This document shows positions 1-9,256 of a stretch of DNA of 45,091 nt, one piece after another. Each line of letters opens with the position of its first letter. The first letter of the stretch is position 1. The notes beneath the pieces are model-generated. The model was not told where the DNA came from. It did not search any database and saw only the letters and a list, made by a program, of their open reading frames with translations. The position numbers and the translations under genes were made by a program. The stretch comes from Patescibacteria group bacterium (GTDB lineage: Bacteria; Patescibacteriota; Minisyncoccia; Phycocordibacterales; UBA918): positions 1 to 45,091 of the forward strand of contig JAZKFU010000010.1 of the NCBI GenBank assembly GCA_040386275.1, read 5' to 3'.

Positions 1-957
1 TTCTGAAATTATTTTTTTAAAATTTTTTATATCGTTTGTGTTCGAAGGCTTCGTTGCTACTAGCACCAATGCTTGTTTCTCATACAACCTCACGGAACCG
101 ATAGTAAAACCTTTAAGGCCACAAATTTTATCAAGAATATATCCGAGTGATACTTTAACCAGACCGCCATCGCTTATATAGGTTGGAATATCAGGGTATT
201 TAGATATAAGCTCTTGTGCTTTCACAGAACTAATAATGGGGTTTTTAAAAAATGAACCGGCTGTACCTACGACGTTCCAGTCGGGAAACTTAGCTGATCT
301 GATTGCAATCACTGTCTCCCTAATACGCTGTGGTGTCTGCTCTTCTTTACTGAGCAATTGTAAATCAGCGTACGATAGTTTTGGAGTGGGCACCAAAGAA
401 AGAATAAACGTTACCGAAATGATAATGTAATTTTTATTTTCTTTAAACAGTGAATGTCGATATGAAAACACACACTCATCTTTAGTAAGCTCTACAATTT
501 TTTTAGAAGCAACATCATACACTGTTACGTGCGAAATTATATCTGACACTTCAACTCCATACGCACCTACATTTTGCACGGGTGTTGCACCAACAGTCCC
601 CGGTATATGTGAAAGGTTTTCTAAACCCCACAATGATCGACTCGTTACTTCTTCAATCACTGCATCAAATGATTCCCCTGCTCCAACCACCAATGCCACT
701 GACGTATCGTTAACCTTGTTATACGCACGGCCGGAAATATTCATTTTAATAATTACCCCTTCATACCCGGCATCACTGACCAGCATATTCGTTCCACCAC
801 CGAGCACATAAAAAGGCAGTTGCTTTTCATTCGAAAACGCAACTGCCTCTTGTAATGCCTCAATCGTTGTTACTTCAATAAAATAGTGAGCCGGGCCTCC
901 TGTTTTTAAACTAACCCAATCTGCGAGCGATACGTGTTCTAAAACAGTGAGGGACAT
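1..957 (-). CDS. murB: UDP-N-acetylenolpyruvoylglucosamine reductase (3' end runs off the window)
   Basis: Manual translation from ATG 957: MSLTVLEHVSLADWVSLKTGGPAHYF...LGGGTNMLVSD...GLENLSHIPGTVGATPVQNVGAYG...KFPDWNVVGTAGSFFKNP, all MurB motifs. Absent from the ORF track because there is no stop codon in the window. Confidence 0.95.
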   Translation of the reverse strand, partial: MSLTVLEHVSLADWVSLKTGGPAHYFIEVTTIEALQEAVAFSNEKQLPFYVLGGGTNMLVSDAGYEGVIIKMNISGRAYNKVNDTSVALVVGAGESFDAVIEEVTSRSLWGLENLSHIPGTVGATPVQNVGAYGVEVSDIISHVTVYDVASKKIVELTKDECVFSYRHSLFKENKNYIIISVTFILSLVPTPKLSYADLQLLSKEEQTPQRIRETVIAIRSAKFPDWNVVGTAGSFFKNPIISSVKAQELISKYPDIPTYISDGGLVKVSLGYILDKICGLKGFTIGSVRLYEKQALVLVATKPSNTNDIKNFKKIISE

Positions 958-966
958 GATTCCGTT

Positions 967-3150
967 TTACTGACAACCAACTTCTGGAGAAAGTCCTTTT
1001 TTGATATTCGCACTAAAGCACTGGGCAGTAGCACCAAATGTCGGCACTGCTTTGGTAGCGCGTTCAAGCGTACTGATAGCGTTATCATTCTGCTTGAGCT
1101 GGTAATACACATACGCTAAGCTTGCCCAGTTTTGAGGATTGGTGCCATCAGTTTCCAAACGCGCTTCATAGAGGGTAGCGAGGTAATCAAACGCCTTGGC
1201 ATCATTCACTGCTCCAACCACAAAGTCACTAGCGGCCAATCGAGCTTCTAATTCTGGTGAAGCATCTTTAATAATAGTTTGAGCTGTTTCTGTATCTTTA
1301 GTGTAGAACAATGAGGCGATGTAGTATTCCGCTGCTTCATTATTAGTAGTATCAAGTTCGTAGGCCTCTTTAAAGAAATCGCGTGCTTCATTGTTTTTAC
1401 CTTGTGATAATTCAATCGCACCTTGTTGCAAGATAATAGCTTGTTTGTTTGGAGACAGAGTTCGCGCAATAGCCATGCGTTCAGCCGCTTTTGGCAAATC
1501 ACCAATCGTACGGTAGTAACTGGCGAGAAATACTTCCAATCGGGCATCACCTGGTTTGGCCGCTACCATGTTAAGTAACTCCTCTTCTGCGCGGGCCATG
1601 AACTTAGCCTTGAGTTCGGGGTCAACGGGGTCAGTAGTGCGGGCAATACCCATGGCTTGTTGGGCAAACTGTTCAGTAATTTCTTGTCGAGCAAAAGAAT
1701 CACGCGCCAAGGCAATTTCAAACCCAGCCAAACGTCCTTCGAGGGTCTTAGATTGGAAGGCCACAATCACGTCGCCGGCTGCCTGCATACTCGGAATATT
1801 TACAAAGTACACGGTCGCTACCGTTGCTACTACCATAACTGGCAAAATAATCTGCGTTACGAGTACAGATGGTAGCTTAAAGGCCTCTACCTTAGGGATA
1901 ACACGAGCCACATGACTATGGATTAACGCCAAGATGGTCCCGAAAAAGATATAACTCACAATGTTATCAAACACCACCAAGTTATGCGTGACGTACCCGA
2001 CAATTAACCCAACCAATATTCCCCGCTCTACCACACTTAACGATTGTTCTGGTTGTCGCCACGGCTTGATAACCAAGTAATAGAAGAGCGCTGCAAAAAT
2101 TGAGAAGTATGACAACAATCCCACAATACCCCCGGCAATCAACCAATCAAAGATAATATTGTGCACCCGATCAAACCATTGTTCTTGTCCGTAGAGCTTT
2201 GGGTCGTACTGTTCATTAAACACGTAGTTAAAGTTTCCTTGCCCCCAACCGAGTACTGGACGCTCCTTTACTCCCTCGACTGACATTCCCCAAATCACCG
2301 TTCGGATTTTTAAGTCAGAACCCAAATCAATGTTCGCAATACGAGCAAACGCTGGTGTACTTTGAATAAATGCGGTATCTCGCGCCGCAATAAAACTAGC
2401 TGCCACTACCACAATAGCAACGAGCGCTCCTAACGCGTACCGTTGCACTTGTTTAAACCGCGCACCAAACACCGCAATGTACGCCACCATAGCAATTGAG
2501 CCAGTCACAAGACCGATGGCTGTACCTCGGGTTCCTGTTTGCAACAACACATATACAAACAAAATAAGTAACAACACATACACTACGCGATACGGAGTCA
2601 CTTTGGTTTGTACAAAGAGATACATCAAGAAAAAGATATGGAAGAGCATGTACACCGCCATGTAGGCAGCGTTACCAAGCGTACTATCTACTCGCGTTGT
2701 TCCCGCACCTAGCTGGGACAAACCTTTTAAGGCCACAAATCCCGCGACCATCACCGATGTATGGAGAAAATACGACCACATTTTTGGGGTCTTGATCATA
2801 CTGCCCAATACCACAAAGTAGGCAAAGACGTGAATTAACGTCACGTAGCCATCCATTCGTTCAAAATTACTCCACAGAGCCGTAGACACGTGCTCTGCTT
2901 GTAAACTCGCTACCAACATCACGGCCATTAATATTCCAAAAGTTCCTAAAATCCACGAGAACCGGGGGCGATACGTACTATCATACAGCGCCAACATCAC
3001 CCAAGCCGCCAATACTACTTCAACAATAATTCTAAATAAAAAATTCTTACCGGTAATAAAAGGGAAGAAAAAATCATTCTCAACATAGAGTGTTAAAAAT
3101 GGGATTGCGAATAAACCAATAAAAACCACCCCTTTTAAAATATCTTTCAT
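967..3150 (-). CDS. O-antigen ligase family (Wzy_C) membrane protein with C-terminal TPR repeats
   Basis: About 12 hydrophobic segments. Motifs STLGNAAY, TGTRG, R..IW...(ERP)..GWGQGNF and FDRVHN. The C-terminal ~200 aa are TPR-like helical repeats. Confidence 0.85.
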   Translation of the reverse strand: MKDILKGVVFIGLFAIPFLTLYVENDFFFPFITGKNFLFRIIVEVVLAAWVMLALYDSTYRPRFSWILGTFGILMAVMLVASLQAEHVSTALWSNFERMDGYVTLIHVFAYFVVLGSMIKTPKMWSYFLHTSVMVAGFVALKGLSQLGAGTTRVDSTLGNAAYMAVYMLFHIFFLMYLFVQTKVTPYRVVYVLLLILFVYVLLQTGTRGTAIGLVTGSIAMVAYIAVFGARFKQVQRYALGALVAIVVVAASFIAARDTAFIQSTPAFARIANIDLGSDLKIRTVIWGMSVEGVKERPVLGWGQGNFNYVFNEQYDPKLYGQEQWFDRVHNIIFDWLIAGGIVGLLSYFSIFAALFYYLVIKPWRQPEQSLSVVERGILVGLIVGYVTHNLVVFDNIVSYIFFGTILALIHSHVARVIPKVEAFKLPSVLVTQIILPVMVVATVATVYFVNIPSMQAAGDVIVAFQSKTLEGRLAGFEIALARDSFARQEITEQFAQQAMGIARTTDPVDPELKAKFMARAEEELLNMVAAKPGDARLEVFLASYYRTIGDLPKAAERMAIARTLSPNKQAIILQQGAIELSQGKNNEARDFFKEAYELDTTNNEAAEYYIASLFYTKDTETAQTIIKDASPELEARLAASDFVVGAVNDAKAFDYLATLYEARLETDGTNPQNWASLAYVYYQLKQNDNAISTLERATKAVPTFGATAQCFSANIKKGLSPEVGCQ

Positions 3151-3232
3151 ATGGTCATAAATATACCATAGCGCCTATTCCTACCAATCTAGACGAATTA
3201 GCACAATAGGTGCGCAATACCCTAACAGGGGG

Positions 3233-4087
3233 CTACAAAACGACTTCTGGAGCGGTTTCTATCCCCAAATTCCACTCGACGACCATGTCTTTATGAAGCA
3301 AATGGGAAAGCTGGGCCGCATCAGCCGCAAAGGTGGCTTTAAAAACCGCCAACTCGGAAGGAGCTAAAAAATTCTGTTGTACAGGAGCCGGTGGCGCCAA
3401 CGGACCTTGGACTTTTTTGGGGCGAACCTTACGAATTAATGAACCTATAAATCGAATCAACCGAGTGATGCGACCAGGATGCACCGGTTCGTCCGGTGGT
3501 GGAGCGTACGCTTCTAATTGCTTGGGAATAAAATCTTTTTTTAGTTCTAAAAAATCATACAACTTTTGCATCGTGACTAGAGGATCTTTAATAAAATCTT
3601 CATACACAATCACATATAACTGTAACGGTGAATAAAATCCAAAATACTTATTTAAATGGCGCGCATAAAATCCATCCGTTTGTGCACTCGGATGATTAGT
3701 CATGTATTGCGCGCAGGAAACACTACGATCAATTTGTCGGGTCGCTTTTACGTGCTCATACTCTACAATCGCTCGATCAATTGGATTTCGCAGGACAACA
3801 AATAATTTTGCATCGGGATAGGTATCGGCAATAAACGCAGCTACTTTCGGTGCGGCTAAATAATCCGGGCAAGACTCCCCTGATTTTGGTGTCGCTGAAG
3901 TAAGGGTGAGCGCTTTCTCATACACCGATAAGTCAGCCTGGTTGCCGTGATACCCACAAAAGAACCCTACGTTTGGTAGTGGACCATGAACATCGGGATG
4001 CGCTTCAAGCAACCGCGTAATTAAACCCAAGCCGGTACCTTTGCCCCCGATACCGATAAATTTTGGTGCATGTTTTTGAATATGCAT
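3233..4087 (-). CDS. Sulfotransferase-domain protein with degenerate PAPS-binding motifs
   Basis: PKFIGIGGKGTG..L..LL..HPDV, GESCPDYL, PDAKLFVVLRNPIDRA and YEDF..DP....QKLYDFL match the sulfotransferase layout. Confidence 0.75.
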   Translation of the reverse strand: MHIQKHAPKFIGIGGKGTGLGLITRLLEAHPDVHGPLPNVGFFCGYHGNQADLSVYEKALTLTSATPKSGESCPDYLAAPKVAAFIADTYPDAKLFVVLRNPIDRAIVEYEHVKATRQIDRSVSCAQYMTNHPSAQTDGFYARHLNKYFGFYSPLQLYVIVYEDFIKDPLVTMQKLYDFLELKKDFIPKQLEAYAPPPDEPVHPGRITRLIRFIGSLIRKVRPKKVQGPLAPPAPVQQNFLAPSELAVFKATFAADAAQLSHLLHKDMVVEWNLGIETAPEVVL

Positions 4088-4122
4088 AGTAGATAATTAT
4101 TACTCTAGTATATGCTATTACC

Positions 4123-5469
4123 TTACGCCTTAGTCTCTTCACTATCCTCAGTAAATAAAGCCGCCTCAACGCTTTCTCGGTATTGCAATCGATACGCTAA
4201 CGGATCTTCATGTAGTTTCTCATCTATCACCTGGCGTGCATTTTGAGATAGTTCCGTACGAGCACTCAAGTCGTTAAGCACTCGTTTAATTGCGACTGTT
4301 AAACTCATCGTATCGGCATTTTCGTAAAATAACGCCGACACTTCATGAGTGAACAAATCCGTGCGTTGCTGGGTTCTGGCGAGCACAAGTGGAATACCCG
4401 CCGCCGCTCCTTGCAGAGCCACCTCATCACTTAATGGGTCTATGTCCGGCACCACTAACACATCAGCTGTTTTTAAGTAACTTGAAATATCCTCTACGGA
4501 TTTTTCAAACACAATTTGCGTAGGAATACCTAACAACGTGGCTCGTTTTTGTAACTCGCCCCGGGCTTCCCCATCTCCCACAATCACTAACCCAACTTTA
4601 GGACTGCGCATCACGTCCCGCGACGCATCCATAGCTTGGAATGCTCGACATCCGTGATAGAGATTCCCGATATATAAAATAATAAATGAAAATTGCGTGT
4701 ATTTATTTTTGATATTAAAGCCTGTGTCGTAGTGAGTTAAAGCGGCAAAATTATGAAATCGAGGCAACGTCTCTACGTTTGTCCCCTCTGGCACTTGTTT
4801 ACTCACGGACTCCCGTAACACATCCGTACTGGTACGGATACTGGTAAAGCGCTTTATAACATAGCGATACAAATGTCGCGTCAGTCGCGGGTAATAAAAC
4901 TTTTTTAAAAACTGACTATTGGTGTAATCATCAATGATATGGAGCTGGGACGGACGATTATATTTTTTACTCGCCCACAACGCGACTAATCCACTCTCAA
5001 GCGGGTCACGCGCGACAATTAAATCTGCCCTGAAGCCTTCTGCAAATTCTAATTGTTGAACAATTGCCTTTTTTGCCTCTTGTAATAACGACAGCCCTGA
5101 CGGTGCGGCAACCACGTACATCCAGACATTATCCGCTACCCGCAGTACCGGATTCCGAGCCGCTCTTCCCCGTTGTAAAATTACTATATGCACCTCATCA
5201 AACACATCTCGCATATTGAGATACCCATCGAGACTTTGCGTTGACTGATTTAACAGTGACGTATCTTGGGAAATAAATAAAAGCCTCGTCGTCTCACGAC
5301 TGGACGCTATTTCAAAATGCGATTCACCATGCCTGGCTTCAGTAATAGAAACTTTTGGAACTTGCTCACGTTTCTGTTTTGCCTGATTAGCTTCAGCCAA
5401 CACATAATCCAGCGTTTGACGCTGTCGTTCACTATCGTCACTGGTAGCTACATCAAAAGAACGTTTCAT
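4123..5469 (-). CDS. Divergent GT4 (GT-B) glycosyltransferase
   Basis: DEVHIV, DLIVARDPLESG, ILYIGNL, LVIVGDGEARGEL and ADVLVVP. The canonical E-x7-E motif is missing. Confidence 0.75.
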   Translation of the reverse strand: MKRSFDVATSDDSERQRQTLDYVLAEANQAKQKREQVPKVSITEARHGESHFEIASSRETTRLLFISQDTSLLNQSTQSLDGYLNMRDVFDEVHIVILQRGRAARNPVLRVADNVWMYVVAAPSGLSLLQEAKKAIVQQLEFAEGFRADLIVARDPLESGLVALWASKKYNRPSQLHIIDDYTNSQFLKKFYYPRLTRHLYRYVIKRFTSIRTSTDVLRESVSKQVPEGTNVETLPRFHNFAALTHYDTGFNIKNKYTQFSFIILYIGNLYHGCRAFQAMDASRDVMRSPKVGLVIVGDGEARGELQKRATLLGIPTQIVFEKSVEDISSYLKTADVLVVPDIDPLSDEVALQGAAAGIPLVLARTQQRTDLFTHEVSALFYENADTMSLTVAIKRVLNDLSARTELSQNARQVIDEKLHEDPLAYRLQYRESVEAALFTEDSEETKA

Positions 5470-5532
5470 TACTCCTAGTATACCCGAACTACAATAGAAA
5501 AAAATTATTTCCTCTTTATAAACATTGGATAA

Positions 5533-6138
5533 TTAACGAATAGCCATCACAATATTATTCATACCAAATAAAAAGCGTCGGGGCGTGACGAGAGACGGTG
5601 TGAAGCCAGCTTCCTCAAAAGCTGCCTGCAACATCTCAGAAGAAAAATATTGTTTATGATCGGCAATTTCCTGCTTATCAATTATTCCTAACCTAAACGC
5701 TAAAAATTCTAAGAGTGGTTTTGATGTTGGGCCGGGTGTTGTCAAAAGAACAACTCCGCCCGGTCGTACAATTCGATAAAGTTCTTTAAGAAATACCTCG
5801 GGTGAATCCAAATGTTCCAGCACTGCTAATGAAAGGGCCCCATCAATTGAACTATCAGCCAATGGAATAGGCTGATTGAGGTTGGCAATTGTAAGCGTGA
5901 GATTGGGTACCGATGCTAGTTCACTTTTAAATTCTGTATCAATAGCAATAGCTTTGGTAATTACAGTATCGTTAAGTAAAGAGATGAGTAACCGACAATC
6001 ATACCCCGCCCCGCAATCAGCAATAATTTTGGCCGTAGTTGGGATGCGCTTTACTACCTGTCGTTTTCGTAAATAAAAAATTACATTATCAAGCAACGAG
6101 TATTTGTCCACCCCAAAAGCATATTTTCGATTTTCCAT
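5533..6138 (-). CDS. Class I SAM-dependent methyltransferase
   Basis: IADCGAGY (motif I), LAVLEHLDSPEVFLKELYRIVRPGGVVLLTTP. Confidence 0.85.
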   Translation of the reverse strand: MENRKYAFGVDKYSLLDNVIFYLRKRQVVKRIPTTAKIIADCGAGYDCRLLISLLNDTVITKAIAIDTEFKSELASVPNLTLTIANLNQPIPLADSSIDGALSLAVLEHLDSPEVFLKELYRIVRPGGVVLLTTPGPTSKPLLEFLAFRLGIIDKQEIADHKQYFSSEMLQAAFEEAGFTPSLVTPRRFLFGMNNIVMAIR

Positions 6139-6140
6139 AT

Positions 6141-6854
6141 TTACGAAATAAAACGTTGTTTAATAAGAACTTGAATTGCCTCTACGCCATCACGCCAATT
6201 GATTTTTTTACCCTCAGTTACACTCCGAGGGTAATACGATATGGAAATTTCTTTAATTCTAATTCCTTTTTTTGCTACTCGAGCGGTTACCTCCGGGCAG
6301 AATTCAAATCTATTACACACCAGAGGCAACGAAGTAATGACCTCATGTTTGAACATTTTGTAACAGGTTGGCTCATCAGTTAACCGCTGATTATAGAGCA
6401 CATTAGTTATCAAAGTTAATAGTTGCCCACCCCAATAAAAACTAAAACCCGCCTCTTGATTTCGCCCTCGATGCAAACTACGTGAACCATAGAGTACTGG
6501 CAAGTCTTCTGACACCATGTGTTCGAGCATCCGCACCAAATCTTTAGGATCGTATTCTAAATCAGCATCTTGAATCACAATATGAGAACCACGAGCTTCA
6601 CTGAGACCAGTTCGGATTGCCGCTCCCTTGCCTTGGTTTTTTTCATGGTACACCACGGTATGAATGGCTTCATATTTTTTTAATATATCTCGGGTGCCGT
6701 CTTTTGAACCGTCATCAACAATGATAATTTGAGTATCGTAATCAAAAAGCGCTGCTTCGACTTTATGGAGCAATGTTTCAATAGTCCCTATTTCATTATA
6801 CGCAGGTATGATGATGGATAATTTTGTTTGAGGTAAGAGATTATTTAATGCCAT
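6141..6854 (-). CDS. GT2 polyprenol-phosphate glycosyltransferase (DPM1/GtrB-like)
   Basis: LSIIIPAYNE, VDDGSKDGT, NQGKGAAIRTG, IQDADLEYDP, LTDEPTCYK and FEFCPEVT. Start placed at ATG 6854, overlapping the upstream gene end. Confidence 0.9.
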   Translation of the reverse strand: MALNNLLPQTKLSIIIPAYNEIGTIETLLHKVEAALFDYDTQIIIVDDGSKDGTRDILKKYEAIHTVVYHEKNQGKGAAIRTGLSEARGSHIVIQDADLEYDPKDLVRMLEHMVSEDLPVLYGSRSLHRGRNQEAGFSFYWGGQLLTLITNVLYNQRLTDEPTCYKMFKHEVITSLPLVCNRFEFCPEVTARVAKKGIRIKEISISYYPRSVTEGKKINWRDGVEAIQVLIKQRFIS

Positions 6855-8400
6855 AGGTAATAGTGTCAATCAGCACGCGAATATCGGGAACAAAACTAAG
6901 CCACACCAATCCAAAGCTTGTGATTATGTAAAATAGTACCATACCAGTTTGCACTGGTTTTGATTTTATTCTGAGCGTACCGACAATAGCGAACACGACG
7001 GCCAACGGCACTAACGAGAAAAATAATCGCGACGATACATATCCCCACAGCAAAAATCCAAAAGCCGGAAGGGTCATCGTCAAAATAAAATATTTTATTT
7101 CTGGAGTAATTTTTTTCCAGCGCAGTAAGCCATACAAAACTAGGAGCCATCCTGCCCCAAGAAGTACAAAGGTGCTTTTGATTACTGCGGGCACGGTGTA
7201 CATCGTCGCGTACGCTTCTGGGGCAGCGCCGACCTTCATCCAGTCAAGGTAACTATAAGAAAAAGCAGTATAGACGTGATATTGCCACATCACCCAGGGA
7301 ATCAACGTGAGCGCACCTACCTGCATCAACACCAGGACTTTCTGCACAACCGTCACTCGTGTGTGAAAACATATTACAAACAGAAATGTCAGCCCAGCTA
7401 GAACGGCATATTCTTTCCATAATAATCCGGCTAGTAAGGTCCCGGCTACAAACCAGTGCCAATAGCTTTGAGGGTTTCGATACCACAGAATCATGCCCGC
7501 TAAACTTAAAAAATAGAGTGCCCACGCCCCGGTTTCTGTAAAATAATCCAGTCCATATTTGACGATAGGAAACGAGCCGACGATAAATACTGCAGATAAA
7601 AATCCTGCCGATTTTTTAGCAAACAATACATATCCAAACCAGTAGGCAGCGAGACCGAGTGCAAAATATAACAAAACTGACTGCACCAATACGCCTGAAA
7701 CTGGATCAATCCCTAATGGTGTGAGTGCCGCAATAACCGCTGGAGCCAGAGGCTTAAGATACCTCGCCCCATTAAACACCACTTCCTCTCCGAGCAGTTG
7801 TTGAGCAGTAGAAGCATAGCCTAACGTATCCGAGTTAATCGTTACCGTTACAAGGGCCAGTCGCACACTCGCAATCCCAACCATAATGATAGTCAGTAAA
7901 GATATCCAAAATCTATGCTGTGTCGATAGCACCCGAACTACTAGTGCACTCGCTTCGTGCAGGCGATGCCAGCGTTCTTCTTCAGCGTGGAAAGTAATTT
8001 GGGAAGTAAAAATAAAACTTAATACCGCAACCGCACCGAGCGCCATAAATTGCGCAATCACCGGCCAAAATCCCAAACCATCAACGAGCAACGTCAGTAT
8101 CGAAATAGTTAACCCTAATCCTAACAAAGCTGAAGTCAGATAGAGGGTCCCTTGGGTAACTGTTCGCTTATGTGAAGTGGCTGTAAACGTCCACCATTTA
8201 TGCAATGAAAACGTAACCACATAGGCCGCTACAAAACCAAAAACTGCACCATACACATACCAGAGCTTAAGATACTCAACCAAAAAACTGAATACAATTA
8301 AATTAGCAATGACGCCTGATCCCCCGGCAATACCATACCGAAGCAGTAAACCAAAATTTTTAAGACAATATTCGTAACTACGAAATATAAGTGAAGTCAT
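6841..8400 (-). CDS. GtrA-like flippase fused to a GT-C (PMT/ArnT-like) membrane glycosyltransferase
   Basis: N-terminal ~135 aa: RYGIAGGSGVIANL...FSLHKWWTF, four TMs (GtrA). Then SDTLGY...RYLKPLAP...TETGA...WKEYA in a multi-TM GT-C-like region. Confidence 0.7.
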   Translation of the reverse strand: MTSLIFRSYEYCLKNFGLLLRYGIAGGSGVIANLIVFSFLVEYLKLWYVYGAVFGFVAAYVVTFSLHKWWTFTATSHKRTVTQGTLYLTSALLGLGLTISILTLLVDGLGFWPVIAQFMALGAVAVLSFIFTSQITFHAEEERWHRLHEASALVVRVLSTQHRFWISLLTIIMVGIASVRLALVTVTINSDTLGYASTAQQLLGEEVVFNGARYLKPLAPAVIAALTPLGIDPVSGVLVQSVLLYFALGLAAYWFGYVLFAKKSAGFLSAVFIVGSFPIVKYGLDYFTETGAWALYFLSLAGMILWYRNPQSYWHWFVAGTLLAGLLWKEYAVLAGLTFLFVICFHTRVTVVQKVLVLMQVGALTLIPWVMWQYHVYTAFSYSYLDWMKVGAAPEAYATMYTVPAVIKSTFVLLGAGWLLVLYGLLRWKKITPEIKYFILTMTLPAFGFLLWGYVSSRLFFSLVPLAVVFAIVGTLRIKSKPVQTGMVLFYIITSFGLVWLSFVPDIRVLIDTITYGIK

Positions 8401-8403
8401 ACA

Positions 8404-9255
8404 TTACCGGGAGGAGATCAGCTTCTCGTTACGCCAGGCTATAATTTTGTATGAAAAACAGACTGCTTCTTGTGGGATTACATATGGTAATTCAATTTGA
8501 GATTGTATAGCATAGGTAAAGCCTGCTTTCTCAAGTGTATTTAAGAGTGCATCAAAGGGAAACGTGGTGTGTACTCCGTCATAGTGGTATTCAATAAATA
8601 TTTTCTTGATATGGCGCAATACGTTACTAGTTGCCAACTCCTCTAGAACTTCCCCTTCTGCTCCTTCTATATCCAGCTTGAGAATATCAACTGGCCCCGT
8701 GATATACGGAGATAGTGGTTCAATAGCAACCGGAAAAGATGTAAGTTCATAATTCTTGGTCGCAAGATGTCCCGTGGTACTCCCACTTTGTGACGCAAGA
8801 TCATGTACGTCAGTATGAAAGGTAGCAGTAGTTTTTACTTTTCCTAACCCAACTGGATGTATCATCACATTTAGATTATTTTTTTCTACATTATCCTGAA
8901 CAATAGTATAGGTATGCGGATTGGGCTCGAAGGCTGTAATTGTTGCGTTGGGAGCTTGGGTACGAAAATATAATAGAGACACTCCGATGTTGGTCCCACA
9001 ATCAATAATGGTGAGCGGCTTATCTGTTGGTTCAATATAATAATTCTGCTCAATAAAAATTTCTCTAAACATTCCGTATAAGCTCGCTCGTTTTGAATAG
9101 GTAAAGGTTGAGGAAAGTATTCGCTCAGTTCCTGATGTGGCGGCTGCAATAAAACGATTTCGAACCAGCATACTCAGGTACGTTTTTATCACTGCTCCCG
9201 CAATGTGTGGCAAGTAATGGTTTTGAACAGCACGCAGGTGGGAAAATAATTTCAT
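8404..9255 (-). CDS. FkbM family methyltransferase
   Basis: IIDCGTNIG, FEPNP, LKLDIEGAEGEVL, IEYH. Confidence 0.9.
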   Translation of the reverse strand: MKLFSHLRAVQNHYLPHIAGAVIKTYLSMLVRNRFIAAATSGTERILSSTFTYSKRASLYGMFREIFIEQNYYIEPTDKPLTIIDCGTNIGVSLLYFRTQAPNATITAFEPNPHTYTIVQDNVEKNNLNVMIHPVGLGKVKTTATFHTDVHDLASQSGSTTGHLATKNYELTSFPVAIEPLSPYITGPVDILKLDIEGAEGEVLEELATSNVLRHIKKIFIEYHYDGVHTTFPFDALLNTLEKAGFTYAIQSQIELPYVIPQEAVCFSYKIIAWRNEKLISSR

Positions 9256-9256
9256 G

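Noticed and set aside
236-430. 64-aa plus-strand ORF
   Set aside because: Antisense shadow of murB, which occupies 1-957 on the minus strand.
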